Shown here: piece by piece, positions 19,903-27,733 of the stretch
Numbering within the stretch: position 1 is the first letter of the stretch
Layout of the letters: each line of letters starts with the position of its first letter
IMG/VR virus record: IMGVR_UViG_3300038829_000037
Span: 1 to 38,064 of that record
Strand: one strand, 5' to 3'
Source: a virus
Lineage: Duplodnaviria > Caudoviricetes
DNA length: 38,064 nt
Program-made: the position numbers and the translations under genes
Notes under the pieces: generated by a model
Told to the model about the DNA's origin: nothing
What the model saw: only the letters and a program-made list of their open reading frames with translations
Database searches by the model: none

Positions 19903-20525
19903 CACCACTAGCATTCTTTGGTCTTATCTTCGCCGCAATAGCAGGAGCTTTGACTGCATTTGCTCGTCAGTATAAGATAGGGCCTTTCATGCCATCGCTA
20001 GACCGTATACCCGACGATACACCCTATGTTCCTGCCTCTGTACCGCCCGTCATGGCCCCTACAGCGACCACTACGCCTCCTATTACCAATCCTACGGAGA
20101 CTAAGACTACAGAGCCTCCTGCGCTCTTGTGGGACACTCCAAAGCAAGCATTCCACTCGACAAGGGTGCTTTGTGATATTCATGAGCTTACTTACGACCA
20201 AAAGAATATCGTCTGCGCCTGTATTTTCCGTGAATCGGAGTTCAACAATAATGCTATAGGGCGAAACAAAGACCCTAAAACAGGCAAGGTTTGGTCTACG
20301 GACTGGGGGATCGTGCAAGTAAACGATACAAAAGGTTGGCATATCGGCAAAGGTCTACGCTTTTCTTCCGTAGAGGATGTCCTCGCAAACCCAGAGAAGG
20401 GTGTCCTGTGGATGATAGAGGAAATGAAAACCACAGGAAGACTCCAGCCGTGGTCAAGCTACACCACTAAAACTTATACACAGTTCCTTCCAAAGACCTC
20501 CCGAATGTGGAACCTTGCGGTATAA
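19899..20525 (+). CDS. Lytic transglycosylase/lysozyme-like endolysin with N-terminal membrane anchor
   Basis: ES.FNNNA catalytic motif, STDWGIVQVN, N-terminal hydrophobic helix, Pro/Thr linker. Confidence 0.8.
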   Translation: MTPLAFFGLIFAAIAGALTAFARQYKIGPFMPSLDRIPDDTPYVPASVPPVMAPTATTTPPITNPTETKTTEPPALLWDTPKQAFHSTRVLCDIHELTYDQKNIVCACIFRESEFNNNAIGRNKDPKTGKVWSTDWGIVQVNDTKGWHIGKGLRFSSVEDVLANPEKGVLWMIEEMKTTGRLQPWSSYTTKTYTQFLPKTSRMWNLAV

Positions 20526-20532
20526 TACCCCT

Positions 20533-20802
20533 ATGAATACCTCAGCAATATTGACGTGGATATCAACGAGTTCTGCTAACCCTGAGAAATTATCGTTAAC
20601 ACTTAAAAGTCTCGCGACTATATTGGTTCTGTTTGGCGTAGATAGTTCGATGGCAGACGAAGGAATCGGGGCGATAGTAAGCATCATAACCGCAATCGGT
20701 ATGTTCATCAGTGCCATCGGTATCGTTGTCGGTATCGGACGAAAGATTAAGCTCGGCAGGTGGAGTGCGGTTCCTAGCGACAATTATTCTACTGACGTTT
20801 AA
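20533..20802 (+). CDS. Holin-like membrane protein
   Basis: SSANPEKLSLTLK then two hydrophobic helices and a basic C-terminus. Confidence 0.6.
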   Translation: MNTSAILTWISTSSANPEKLSLTLKSLATILVLFGVDSSMADEGIGAIVSIITAIGMFISAIGIVVGIGRKIKLGRWSAVPSDNYSTDV

Positions 20803-21013
20803 GCTGCTTCCGCAACTCTAAAGGAAGTTCGTACCAACGGATCGTCTTCTTCTTATTGAAAAGACGAACAAGTTTTTTATGTAAATTGCGCTCGGCAAAC
20901 TGCTTTCTATTTCTATCCATCTTGCACTTGATGCAAGTAAATGGTGGTTTACTGCTGATTATTCTCTCCACATACTCACCGCAGACTTCAAAGAATTGGC
21001 ATTTGTGTTTCAT
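20789..21013 (-). CDS. Small Cys-rich (zinc-finger-like) protein
   Basis: CQFFEVC..CIKC; ATG at 21013. Confidence 0.55.
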   Translation of the reverse strand: MKHKCQFFEVCGEYVERIISSKPPFTCIKCKMDRNRKQFAERNLHKKLVRLFNKKKTIRWYELPLELRKQLKRQ

Positions 21014-21021
21014 ATATAGAT

Positions 21022-21114
21022 GACGAGGGAGCCATTCTTGGCTCCGCAGGTGAAGTGTAATGTTGGAGTATATAAGTGTGCTTTCCGCGTGATACTTCAC
21101 CCAGTGACCTCGTC
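21022..21114. ncRNA. Structured non-coding element
   Basis: GACGAGG21022/CCTCGTC21108; GGAGCCA21028/TGGCTCC21039; GGTGAAGT21049/ACTTCACC21094. Confidence 0.55.
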
Positions 21115-21133
21115 TCCTCTATCATAACTCATG

Positions 21134-21172
21134 AAAAGGGAGCTATTGAGTTTATCAACAGCTCCCCTTATT
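21134..21172 (-). terminator. Intrinsic terminator (possibly bidirectional)
   Basis: GGGAGCT21138/AGCTCCC21160 stem followed by TTTT on the minus strand. Confidence 0.7.
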
Positions 21173-21501
21173 CACATCTCTTTTTCCGACGGATTCCAAA
21201 TAAAAACCAGAGCACCGTCCGTATCCACTTCGACAGCGAACGAGATTTCACATACAGCAATGCCGTCGCCGTCTTGAAAGAAGACCCCTTCGAGGTACAA
21301 CCGATTGATGAAAATCGACCAGATGTATCCTGTCGGGTCTTGCTCACGGATCTCAATGGCAGCTCCTTTCTTTTGTGAGAGGATATTGGCAACAGGTTTC
21401 GGGATTTGATACGCCGTCTCGCACGTCAACGGCTCATTCGCCAGAGCTTGTACCGGATATACCAGTAAGACCAGAGCCAGTATATATTTCGCATGTTTCA
21501 T
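21172..21501 (-). CDS. Secreted hypothetical protein (109 aa)
   Basis: MKHAKYILALVLLVYPVQALA signal peptide; SD AAGGAGGGAGG. Confidence 0.7.
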   Translation of the reverse strand: MKHAKYILALVLLVYPVQALANEPLTCETAYQIPKPVANILSQKKGAAIEIREQDPTGYIWSIFINRLYLEGVFFQDGDGIAVCEISFAVEVDTDGALVFIWNPSEKEM

Positions 21502-21632
21502 GACCTCCCTCCTTTCCGAATACGTGTCTTCATGTGAGGACAACCTGACTCCGTACAATACGCTCGTATCTTGCCCATGCTGGGATTCTTATTGATACGG
21601 CAATAGTAGTAGAGCATCGGCAGAAGTTTCAT
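21498..21632 (-). CDS. Cys-containing microprotein (44 aa)
   Basis: Own translation MKLLPMLYYYCRINKNPSMGKIRAYCTESGCPHMKTRIRKGGRS; GGGAGG upstream; start and stop overlap the neighbouring genes. Confidence 0.55.
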   Translation of the reverse strand: MKLLPMLYYYCRINKNPSMGKIRAYCTESGCPHMKTRIRKGGRS

Positions 21633-21769
21633 CACTTCCCTCCCATGACATCGGTTCGTTCATGGTGGAGTTTGAAATATCTCTGTGCTTTAGCGCACCA
21701 GAACACTCGGTATCCGTCGATTATTTCGATGAGGTGATTGAGTTTGCAATACTCACAGGTTACAAACAT
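21632..21769 (-). CDS. Zinc-ribbon-like microprotein (45 aa)
   Basis: Own translation MFVTCEYCKLNHL..WCAK..GGK; AAGGAG upstream. Confidence 0.55.
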   Translation of the reverse strand: MFVTCEYCKLNHLIEIIDGYRVFWCAKAQRYFKLHHERTDVMGGK

Positions 21770-21770
21770 G

Positions 21771-22022
21771 TTAGAATCTCCTTCCTTTGTTGGACTTAAT
21801 CGCAATGCCCGTGTATTCCGTGTACTCCTTATACGCAGGAAGTGCTTTGACTTCTACATGAAGGACATGCTCGACACTCACCAACTTCTTGCAACGGCAT
21901 GAGCGTAACTCAAGGAAATTATGGCCGAACTCAACGAACGAATGGAACTCAAGCCTCCTCCAACCATCGAGGTCGTACTTGCGGCTGCAAAACGGACATT
22001 GGCGATATGTGGGGTCGGACAT
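21771..22022 (-). CDS. Cys-rich small protein (83 aa)
   Basis: CPFC..CRC; SD AAAGGAGGT 5 nt before ATG. Confidence 0.65.
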   Translation of the reverse strand: MSDPTYRQCPFCSRKYDLDGWRRLEFHSFVEFGHNFLELRSCRCKKLVSVEHVLHVEVKALPAYKEYTEYTGIAIKSNKGRRF

Positions 22023-22041
22023 GAGGCACCTCCTTTTGTTT

Positions 22042-22312
22042 GAAGGACTCGGCTCTGTGGTTCTTCAGACATTACGCGCAATAGTCTGAACGGGTCTGCC
22101 GCACCTTAGGTATTTCTCCTTTTGGGCGTTGTGGTATTTCCACACGACCACCACAGAATCGAATCCTCCAACTATTTCAAAGAGCCTAGAAACAACCAGT
22201 GTAGTACCCCTATTAGCTGGATTCGAGCTGACACTCTATAATATTTCTATAAAGTGAACTTGCCTTATTTTCGGCAACATCCTCCAATAGAGATACTGTA
22301 CTGGCGATTTCT
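22042..22312 (-). ncRNA. Two-domain structured leader RNA
   Basis: Domain 1 22188-22312 (stem 22203-22214/22286-22297 plus two inner hairpins); domain 2 stem 22042-22061/22150-22169 with inner hairpins; most mismatches are G-U on the minus strand. Confidence 0.7.
22175..22185 (-). promoter_or_regulatory. boxA-like antitermination motif
   Basis: GCTCTTTGAAA between the two RNA domains; resembles rrn/lambda boxA. Confidence 0.5.
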
Positions 22313-22318
22313 CTGCTT

Positions 22319-22444
22319 TTAATTATACCGCGCTAGAATTGAGGATGAGGTGTTATGCACAACTTCCCCCACCCAACCACACATTCGACACCACCACGAT
22401 TGACCTCTCACTTCCATTTCTGATGAGCAACGGGGGCAGGTCAT
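22319..22444 (-). CDS. Zinc-ribbon microprotein (41 aa)
   Basis: Own translation MTCPRCSSEMEVRGQSWWCRMCGW..; ATGA overlap. Confidence 0.6.
   Translation of the reverse strand: MTCPRCSSEMEVRGQSWWCRMCGWVGEVVHNTSSSILARYN
22322..22361 (-). promoter_or_regulatory. Promoter with DnaA-box-like element
   Basis: Minus strand TGTGCATAA (22361-22353), 25 nt, TATAAT (22327-22322). Confidence 0.6.
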
Positions 22445-22764
22445 GGTGTTTTTGTTATCTCTCTAAGACGGTTGGCGACGTCGGTGAGGGCAGTATGGTA
22501 TCCCATAGCAACAAGACTTTGAGGAGTAGTGTCGTGCGGGTCTCTATCGGTTTGTATCGTTATCTTTGTGTCTCGTGTCGGTAGCATCTTCTCCACCTCC
22601 TCCGCTGCCAGCAGGTAGGCTTCGCGAATACTAGAGTCTAAGACAGCCGCCAGCTTACCCTCTATCTCCTGTAGATCCTCAAGTGTGGGTGCTTTTGTAT
22701 AAGCATCAGAAAATGCTTCGCCAAGGGCGTTCTGGCTCTTCTGTAGGTGTTGGGTGGGGGTCAT
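22441..22764 (-). CDS. Hypothetical protein
   Basis: Coupled ORF in the leftward arm. Confidence 0.65.
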   Translation of the reverse strand: MTPTQHLQKSQNALGEAFSDAYTKAPTLEDLQEIEGKLAAVLDSSIREAYLLAAEEVEKMLPTRDTKITIQTDRDPHDTTPQSLVAMGYHTALTDVANRLREITKTP

Positions 22765-22907
22765 AGGGTTGGGTCTTTAATTATTTCCCAATGCCGAGTC
22801 GGTTCTTCAACGACAACCAACGGAGTGCCACAATGTGAACATCGCTTCTCATCCCCACCTTCCATTCCAACACTTCTTGTGTTTGATTGACAATTTGGAC
22901 ATTCCAT
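22761..22907 (-). CDS. Zinc-ribbon microprotein (48 aa)
   Basis: Own translation MECPNCQS..RCSHCGTPL.. Confidence 0.6.
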   Translation of the reverse strand: MECPNCQSNTRSVGMEGGDEKRCSHCGTPLVVVEEPTRHWEIIKDPTL

Positions 22908-22946
22908 ACTATTTCATTAATCTAATAACTCTCTCCAAGAAGGTGG

Positions 22947-23228
22947 TCATAGGGGTTCAGGGAATGAATATTTGCTTTCATCAAACTCGTTTTCACTTTC
23001 AAGGAGTTTTTTAATCTGATTTATATCGGTGAGTTCAAGAATCGGCGGATTCTCTGAAAACTGGACATACGGTGTTCCCTCTCCGTGCGGAAACTTGAAT
23101 ACAACATCACACACATCGCGTTCTGAATAATCAGGTGCAAAACCAGGCATACCTTTTACATCTTTGGTAAGTTTAATAGCATACCGAGTTCCCCGAATCG
23201 TACCCATTTTTTCGTAAGTTTCTTTCAT
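22947..23228 (-). CDS. Hypothetical protein
   Basis: ORF track; fits operon direction. Confidence 0.65.
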   Translation of the reverse strand: MKETYEKMGTIRGTRYAIKLTKDVKGMPGFAPDYSERDVCDVVFKFPHGEGTPYVQFSENPPILELTDINQIKKLLESENEFDESKYSFPEPL

Positions 23229-23240
23229 ACCCCCATCTTC

Positions 23241-23624
23241 TTAACTACCTCCTGTGAGGTCTGCATATTTTGTGTCAATTTGACGGAACCATCTATCAAC
23301 AAACTCTTTCGGCAGGTGAAATACACCATCGCTGTCTACCTCGCCTTTTGAGAACATATACTTCTGCCACCTCGCCCAGCGGTCGTGTTCAATATCAGCA
23401 CCTTTCTCTACAAACTCCTCAACAGACTGGCTCACGGGCGATTCTTCGGAAGAGAGTTTGGCGCAAGGATATGTTGCACCTTCTTCGTGTTTTTCTCCTG
23501 CTTCGCAATACTCGCACTTAGGTTCAGACTGGCTCACAGTGTGGCAGAATGGACAGTCTTTCATGTCCACAACATCGCTTGTTCTTTCGCACTTCTCACA
23601 CTTCGATGGCAGGGGATTGGTCAT
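23241..23624 (-). CDS. Hypothetical Cys-rich protein
   Basis: CEKC, CPFC, CEYC and EHDRWARWQ motif. Confidence 0.65.
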   Translation of the reverse strand: MTNPLPSKCEKCERTSDVVDMKDCPFCHTVSQSEPKCEYCEAGEKHEEGATYPCAKLSSEESPVSQSVEEFVEKGADIEHDRWARWQKYMFSKGEVDSDGVFHLPKEFVDRWFRQIDTKYADLTGGS

Positions 23625-23917
23625 GATTGTATAGGTGAGGGGGCAACGATGTCGCAGTACTTATTTACTTGTTTTTGAGTGAAATCATAGTAAATACCCA
23701 TGTGCGTTTTTGTCCCATTTGTACAGATTAGGTTAGGGTAAGTTAGCTTTTCTGGTGTTGGTGGGAAAAACTGCACTACTCCACCCATCCACATAATAAA
23801 CACTACTAGTCCATAGAAAGAGAAACAAAGGAGGGTAGCGAAGAATACCCGGAATCCCAATCCTTCCCAAGTAATCGGTGTCTCTCCTTTAGGAACGCTG
23901 CAAGTTTTATTGTTCAT
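23621..23917 (-). CDS. Hypothetical membrane protein
   Basis: Single hydrophobic helix. Confidence 0.55.
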   Translation of the reverse strand: MNNKTCSVPKGETPITWEGLGFRVFFATLLCFSFYGLVVFIMWMGGVVQFFPPTPEKLTYPNLICTNGTKTHMGIYYDFTQKQVNKYCDIVAPSPIQS

Positions 23918-23931
23918 AGTATATTATTTAA

Positions 23932-24084
23932 TTAAAGTCTCTCAAGCGCCCGTTCTAGTAAGTCGCTGTCTGATTCCTTGCGGAGTTTGCCGTTGTAGTG
24001 GACTCGTATCTTCTTCTTTTTGTACTGCGCCCACTTAGACGGCTTGAGTCGAGTGGCTTTGAATATGGTGCGGCGTTCGGTCAT
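23932..24084 (-). CDS. Small basic protein (50 aa), possibly DNA-binding
   Basis: Own translation MTERRTIFKATRLKPSKW..ESDSDLLERALERL; ATGA overlap. Confidence 0.5.
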   Translation of the reverse strand: MTERRTIFKATRLKPSKWAQYKKKKIRVHYNGKLRKESDSDLLERALERL

Positions 24085-24506
24085 ATGTTCTTTATTATTC
24101 GTACAAACTCTTCTGGACTCATACCACCAATACCAGTACCCGCGCCGTGGACAAGCAATTTCTCACCCTCCAAGAGCGTCGAATGTGCGAATCTTATAGC
24201 TTTCTCTACTTGTTCTGGTGTTGCTTTCAGAGTCTCATCTACAGTTATTGTGAAGCAGATATTTCCTATGCGCTCCATATCGCCTCCTACTATGCGTTTG
24301 AACTCACACAATTTAGGGAAATGTCTTGTGAAGTCGTAATCTATACCTCCGCCAAACGTCCAGTTAGGGTTGCTTGCGGTCATTAGAACACTGTGAGGCG
24401 TGCGATACGCTATAGAGAAATAATCCGCATGTATGAAGTCCAGTCCAGCGTTACTCGCGGCTTCGATGATTCTTGGATTCAGGTCTACGATAAGAATGTT
24501 TTTCAT
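24081..24506 (-). CDS. Macro-domain (ADP-ribose binding/hydrolase-like) protein
   Basis: ASN....GGGID and GAGTGIGG loops characteristic of macrodomains. Confidence 0.75.
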   Translation of the reverse strand: MKNILIVDLNPRIIEAASNAGLDFIHADYFSIAYRTPHSVLMTASNPNWTFGGGIDYDFTRHFPKLCEFKRIVGGDMERIGNICFTITVDETLKATPEQVEKAIRFAHSTLLEGEKLLVHGAGTGIGGMSPEEFVRIIKNI

Positions 24507-25231
24507 ACCGCGACAAATTTACCACCTGACAGTTTGTACCATACGTCCTCCTTGATTTTCTTCCCGTCTATTTTTGCAGATTTCACTCCTATGCAGAGAT
24601 ATCTGCCGTCTGTATATTCATACTCAGCAAGAGTAATCCAATCGCCCTTTTCCCCTTTTATTGTTCCATCGACTCCGATATTTGCCCCGACGTTATTTAT
24701 GCCAGTCATTTCGAGCTGGCTGTTGTCGCCCGAGGCGGCGAGCTTGCTGTTGTCGCCCGAGGCGGCGAGCTGGCTGTTGTAGCCCGAGGCGGCGAGCTTG
24801 CTGTTGTCGCCCGAGGCGGCGAGCTTGCTGTTGTCGCCCGAGGCGGCGAGCTGGCTGTTGTAGCCCGAGGCGGCGAGCTGGCTGTTGTAGCCCGAGGCGG
24901 CCTTTATTTTTTCGATAAGAGTCTTATGACTTGTTTTCTCAAACAGAAAATCTATAGATGCTTTAATAAAAGCAGACAAATCAAGTTTGACTCCTATTTT
25001 AATCTTGTCAGTAACACTCTTGGTACCATCGGTATCAATCTTTCCGACAGCTTCCACTTCTGCAAATTCGCTTGTCGTTAGGTCGTAATAATCCAATACA
25101 TCGAGCGGATTTTCACAAAAATGAAATCCTGTCCTACAGATTTCGGCATTGGATTCTTCATACGTTTCGCCTTTTTTATACTGGAATCCTTTGCAAGTAA
25201 GACCTTTGTCGAACGCTTTGTATCCTTTCAT
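24503..25231 (-). CDS. Phage protein with 9-aa tandem repeats (DUF7666-like)
   Basis: KGYKAFDKGLTC.GFQY..GFHFCENPLD N-terminus, AASG.NS.L repeats, IDGKKIKEDVWY C-terminus. Confidence 0.75.
   Translation of the reverse strand: MKGYKAFDKGLTCKGFQYKKGETYEESNAEICRTGFHFCENPLDVLDYYDLTTSEFAEVEAVGKIDTDGTKSVTDKIKIGVKLDLSAFIKASIDFLFEKTSHKTLIEKIKAASGYNSQLAASGYNSQLAASGDNSKLAASGDNSKLAASGYNSQLAASGDNSKLAASGDNSQLEMTGINNVGANIGVDGTIKGEKGDWITLAEYEYTDGRYLCIGVKSAKIDGKKIKEDVWYKLSGGKFVAV
24712..24900. repeat. Seven tandem 27-bp repeats
   Basis: CGAGCT(G/T)GCTGTTGT(C/A)GCCCGAGGCGG x7. Confidence 0.95.
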
Positions 25232-25259
25232 GTTTCTTTTCTATTATGGTTATAAGCTA

Positions 25260-25301
25260 ACTCTATCATTAGTAACGCGTTACGCAACTGGGTTGTCCAC
25301 A
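25260..25301 (-). promoter_or_regulatory. Leftward promoter with DnaA-box-like element and palindrome
   Basis: TGTGGACAA, TTGCGT, TGaTAGAGT; perfect palindrome GTAACGCGTTAC 25272-25283. Confidence 0.55.
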
Positions 25302-25401
25302 AGTGCCTGATATTGAGCTGCGAAATAAGCAGCCCATTTCTCTTTATCTGGCTGATCGTCTCGAAGGATTACTTTACGAGGGGGGTTGTAGATTTCCATA
25401 A

Positions 25402-25875
25402 TTAGTCTGTTCTAGTTGTTGCTTTAATATATTCTTCTTCGGTTTTGTAGTGCGGCCATTCTGGTGATTCAAAACTAAACTTCTGCGCTAGATGTCTGGT
25501 CAACACTTTCTCGACTTCCCCTACTTGGAGTTTAGTCATGCGAGCTGTTGAGTCGGTTTCAAACATTGCTTTCTGTATCGGTGCCCATAGATTCTTCTTC
25601 GCGGCTTCTTGTGTCCAAGGTATCTCTACTTCTGGCTTTAGCACTTTGCGTTGGTCGAGTCCCGCTAGATTAAGAGTATCCGCGAGCATTGTGAGCCATT
25701 TATAGAGTGCACGATTCTGGCGTGGGCTTCTTTTAGGCGAGACTTCCTCGATAGTTATCCTGACATTACAATCTGCGTACCCTTTGATTATCGAGCGAGC
25801 GTAGGGTTCGTTATAAGTTAGGACACCGTCCTTTATATTTCCTCGCAGAATGAATGTGGATAGCTTCTTAGACAT
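25402..25875 (-). CDS. NinB-like recombination accessory protein
   Basis: RSPRQNRALYKWL..STARMTK motifs. Confidence 0.6.
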   Translation of the reverse strand: MSKKLSTFILRGNIKDGVLTYNEPYARSIIKGYADCNVRITIEEVSPKRSPRQNRALYKWLTMLADTLNLAGLDQRKVLKPEVEIPWTQEAAKKNLWAPIQKAMFETDSTARMTKLQVGEVEKVLTRHLAQKFSFESPEWPHYKTEEEYIKATTRTD

Positions 25876-26143
25876 ATGTAAGTCTTGGCTTCCGTACTCC
25901 ATCTACTAGGTCGTACACATATACAGCTTTCTTCGGCTCGCTCTTCAATACATGTCTTGCGAATCCAAACTCATCGGTTTCAGGAAGTGTCTCTATCTCA
26001 TACCCTTCACCCCTCAGCTCGCTAATTCTCCCATTACATTCTGAAATTAAGAGCGTCTGCTTGAAATACCTTGAGCTGATAGGTGCTCCGTCAGCATCTC
26101 GAAAGGCTTTGAGTATCTTTTCCTTTTGAGTTGGCTTTTTCAT
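25868..26143 (-). CDS. Winged helix-turn-helix protein
   Basis: TQKEKIL..RISELR.EGYEI. Confidence 0.65.
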   Translation of the reverse strand: MKKPTQKEKILKAFRDADGAPISSRYFKQTLLISECNGRISELRGEGYEIETLPETDEFGFARHVLKSEPKKAVYVYDLVDGVRKPRLTYV

Positions 26144-26144
26144 G

Positions 26145-26753
26145 TCAGAATCCCGAAAGATTGGCTACTATGTTGTTAATTTCTGTAAGAGTGTCTTGCT
26201 CGTACTTCAGATATTCTGAGACTTCATCCTTTACTGATTCGCGATTCATTTCAATCCAAAAGAACTCTTTACAGGGGATACGGGGATCGTAGAAGCAGAC
26301 GTAAAGAGTTTCTAACTCATCACTACAGACGAAATACTGTAAGGCTTGGTCTTTATATTCGTCAGGAATCTCCTGTGTGAGCCATGCTTCAATATGACTC
26401 GCAGAGGATAGGCACTTCATTTCAACTGCCTCGGTTTTCCCAATGAATCCATCGGGTGATATTGCGATAGAACTATTATCATCTCGTTCCCATATCACGA
26501 GACTAGTATCAACTTCCTTGCCAGTCGTCTCGATGAACTTCTGCACACCCTCGGCTTCGAGGCGCGTACCCCTATCCATAGGAGTTTCTTCGGTGTCAGG
26601 CTCTACAGCAAGGCGTTCCGCAATTAATTCGTAGTACGCCTTTTTCTTTCCTGTACCGCGTTTCACTATCAAGTCCTTTACACGAGTACCTGTTATTTTT
26701 CCTCGTCGAGCCGCGAGCCAATCTTCCCGATTCTCAAATGTTTTCGTAATCAT
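26145..26753 (-). CDS. YqaJ/lambda-exonuclease family protein
   Basis: WLAARRGKITG, RG..LE, SPDG, E.KC, Y..Q..Q motifs. Confidence 0.9.
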   Translation of the reverse strand: MITKTFENREDWLAARRGKITGTRVKDLIVKRGTGKKKAYYELIAERLAVEPDTEETPMDRGTRLEAEGVQKFIETTGKEVDTSLVIWERDDNSSIAISPDGFIGKTEAVEMKCLSSASHIEAWLTQEIPDEYKDQALQYFVCSDELETLYVCFYDPRIPCKEFFWIEMNRESVKDEVSEYLKYEQDTLTEINNIVANLSGF

Positions 26754-26755
26754 AC

Positions 26756-27253
26756 TTATTTCGTTAGCTTTACTTTCATCGTCTCTTTCAAGTCTGCAAG
26801 TGCAGTCTTAGCCTCGACTGATATTTCCGCCCATGCGGTTTTCAATTCATCGAGTGAAGTACAGCCCTCTAGTTTCTCCTGCGCCGCGAAAAGCATTTCC
26901 TCTTCTTTTTGCTTCTTGTATGTCTCAAACTCCTCCATTTCTTCCGATGAAGCGATTTCGCCGTCTGCCGCATAGCCAAGTAGAGCAAGAGCACGTCCAA
27001 CGGCTATAGTTTCGAGTTTCTCAAATGCTTTAGTGCCTTTATTCTCCCCTAGAGCGTGTCCAGTAGCCTCTCCTGATGATTCTGTAGCCTTATCCTTCAA
27101 GATACGCGCCTTGAACAAAATAGAGCCGTCTGGTTGCACTGTCGGGGTAGTTTCTATGAGAGCATTGGGGTTAGCGGTGCGAAACTCCATAAGCCGATCT
27201 GCAACACGGGCGTATTTTTTTACCTGTCCGAATGCGATTGTTTTTGTTGCCAT
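26756..27253 (-). CDS. Putative single-strand annealing protein
   Basis: Y..V.DRL..F and EK.ET.AVGRAL..LG motifs; adjacent to the exonuclease. Confidence 0.6.
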   Translation of the reverse strand: MATKTIAFGQVKKYARVADRLMEFRTANPNALIETTPTVQPDGSILFKARILKDKATESSGEATGHALGENKGTKAFEKLETIAVGRALALLGYAADGEIASSEEMEEFETYKKQKEEEMLFAAQEKLEGCTSLDELKTAWAEISVEAKTALADLKETMKVKLTK

Positions 27254-27254
27254 A

Positions 27255-27485
27255 TTAGAATCTATTAGGCGAGTAAGTCTGAATCCCCAAGTCTTTCATC
27301 ATCTCTCGAAACTCTTTACCGATGGGAGTTTCTTTTCCGATGACAGGATGTTCGACTATTCCACTATCGAAGTACACTCCCTGTCTTGCTAATTCTGCGA
27401 GACGAGCCGGTATCATCCTTTGATTGAATGGCCGATGTTTCTTGTTCCACTTATTCGGAACGGAGAGCAAGTCTTTTGTTACCAT
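27255..27485 (-). CDS. Hypothetical protein
   Basis: Coupled ORF. Confidence 0.55.
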   Translation of the reverse strand: MVTKDLLSVPNKWNKKHRPFNQRMIPARLAELARQGVYFDSGIVEHPVIGKETPIGKEFREMMKDLGIQTYSPNRF

Positions 27486-27688
27486 GTTGCGATTTCTTTT
27501 AGACTCTTATACAGAGCGTATCCTGCGATGATTGCGATGGGGAGGAATGTTTCCATGTAGTAGGGTTAAATTGTTTCTTCCTCTAAATCCTCGTCTACTC
27601 CGTTTTCTCGTTCCGTAAAGTCGTAGGGCATTTTAATTTCGTTGTCGCTTTCCATGGGTGTGAGTGGTGGCATAAGTGTGTTTGTCGC

Positions 27689-27728
27689 TCTGTTCTTCCG
27701 ACGGCTAATAACACATCGGAAGAACAGA
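27689..27728. terminator. 13-bp perfect hairpin just downstream of the HNH gene
   Basis: TCTGTTCTTCCGA/TCGGAAGAACAGA; no clear U-tract on the minus strand. Confidence 0.45.
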
Positions 27729-27733
27729 AAGTA

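Noticed and set aside
22205-22235. tRNA (TCGAATCC on the minus strand resembles a T-loop)
   Set aside because: No T-stem pairing, acceptor stem or cloverleaf spacing
24712-24900. 27-bp repeats as a CRISPR array
   Set aside because: No spacers; in-frame coding tandem repeat; no cas genes
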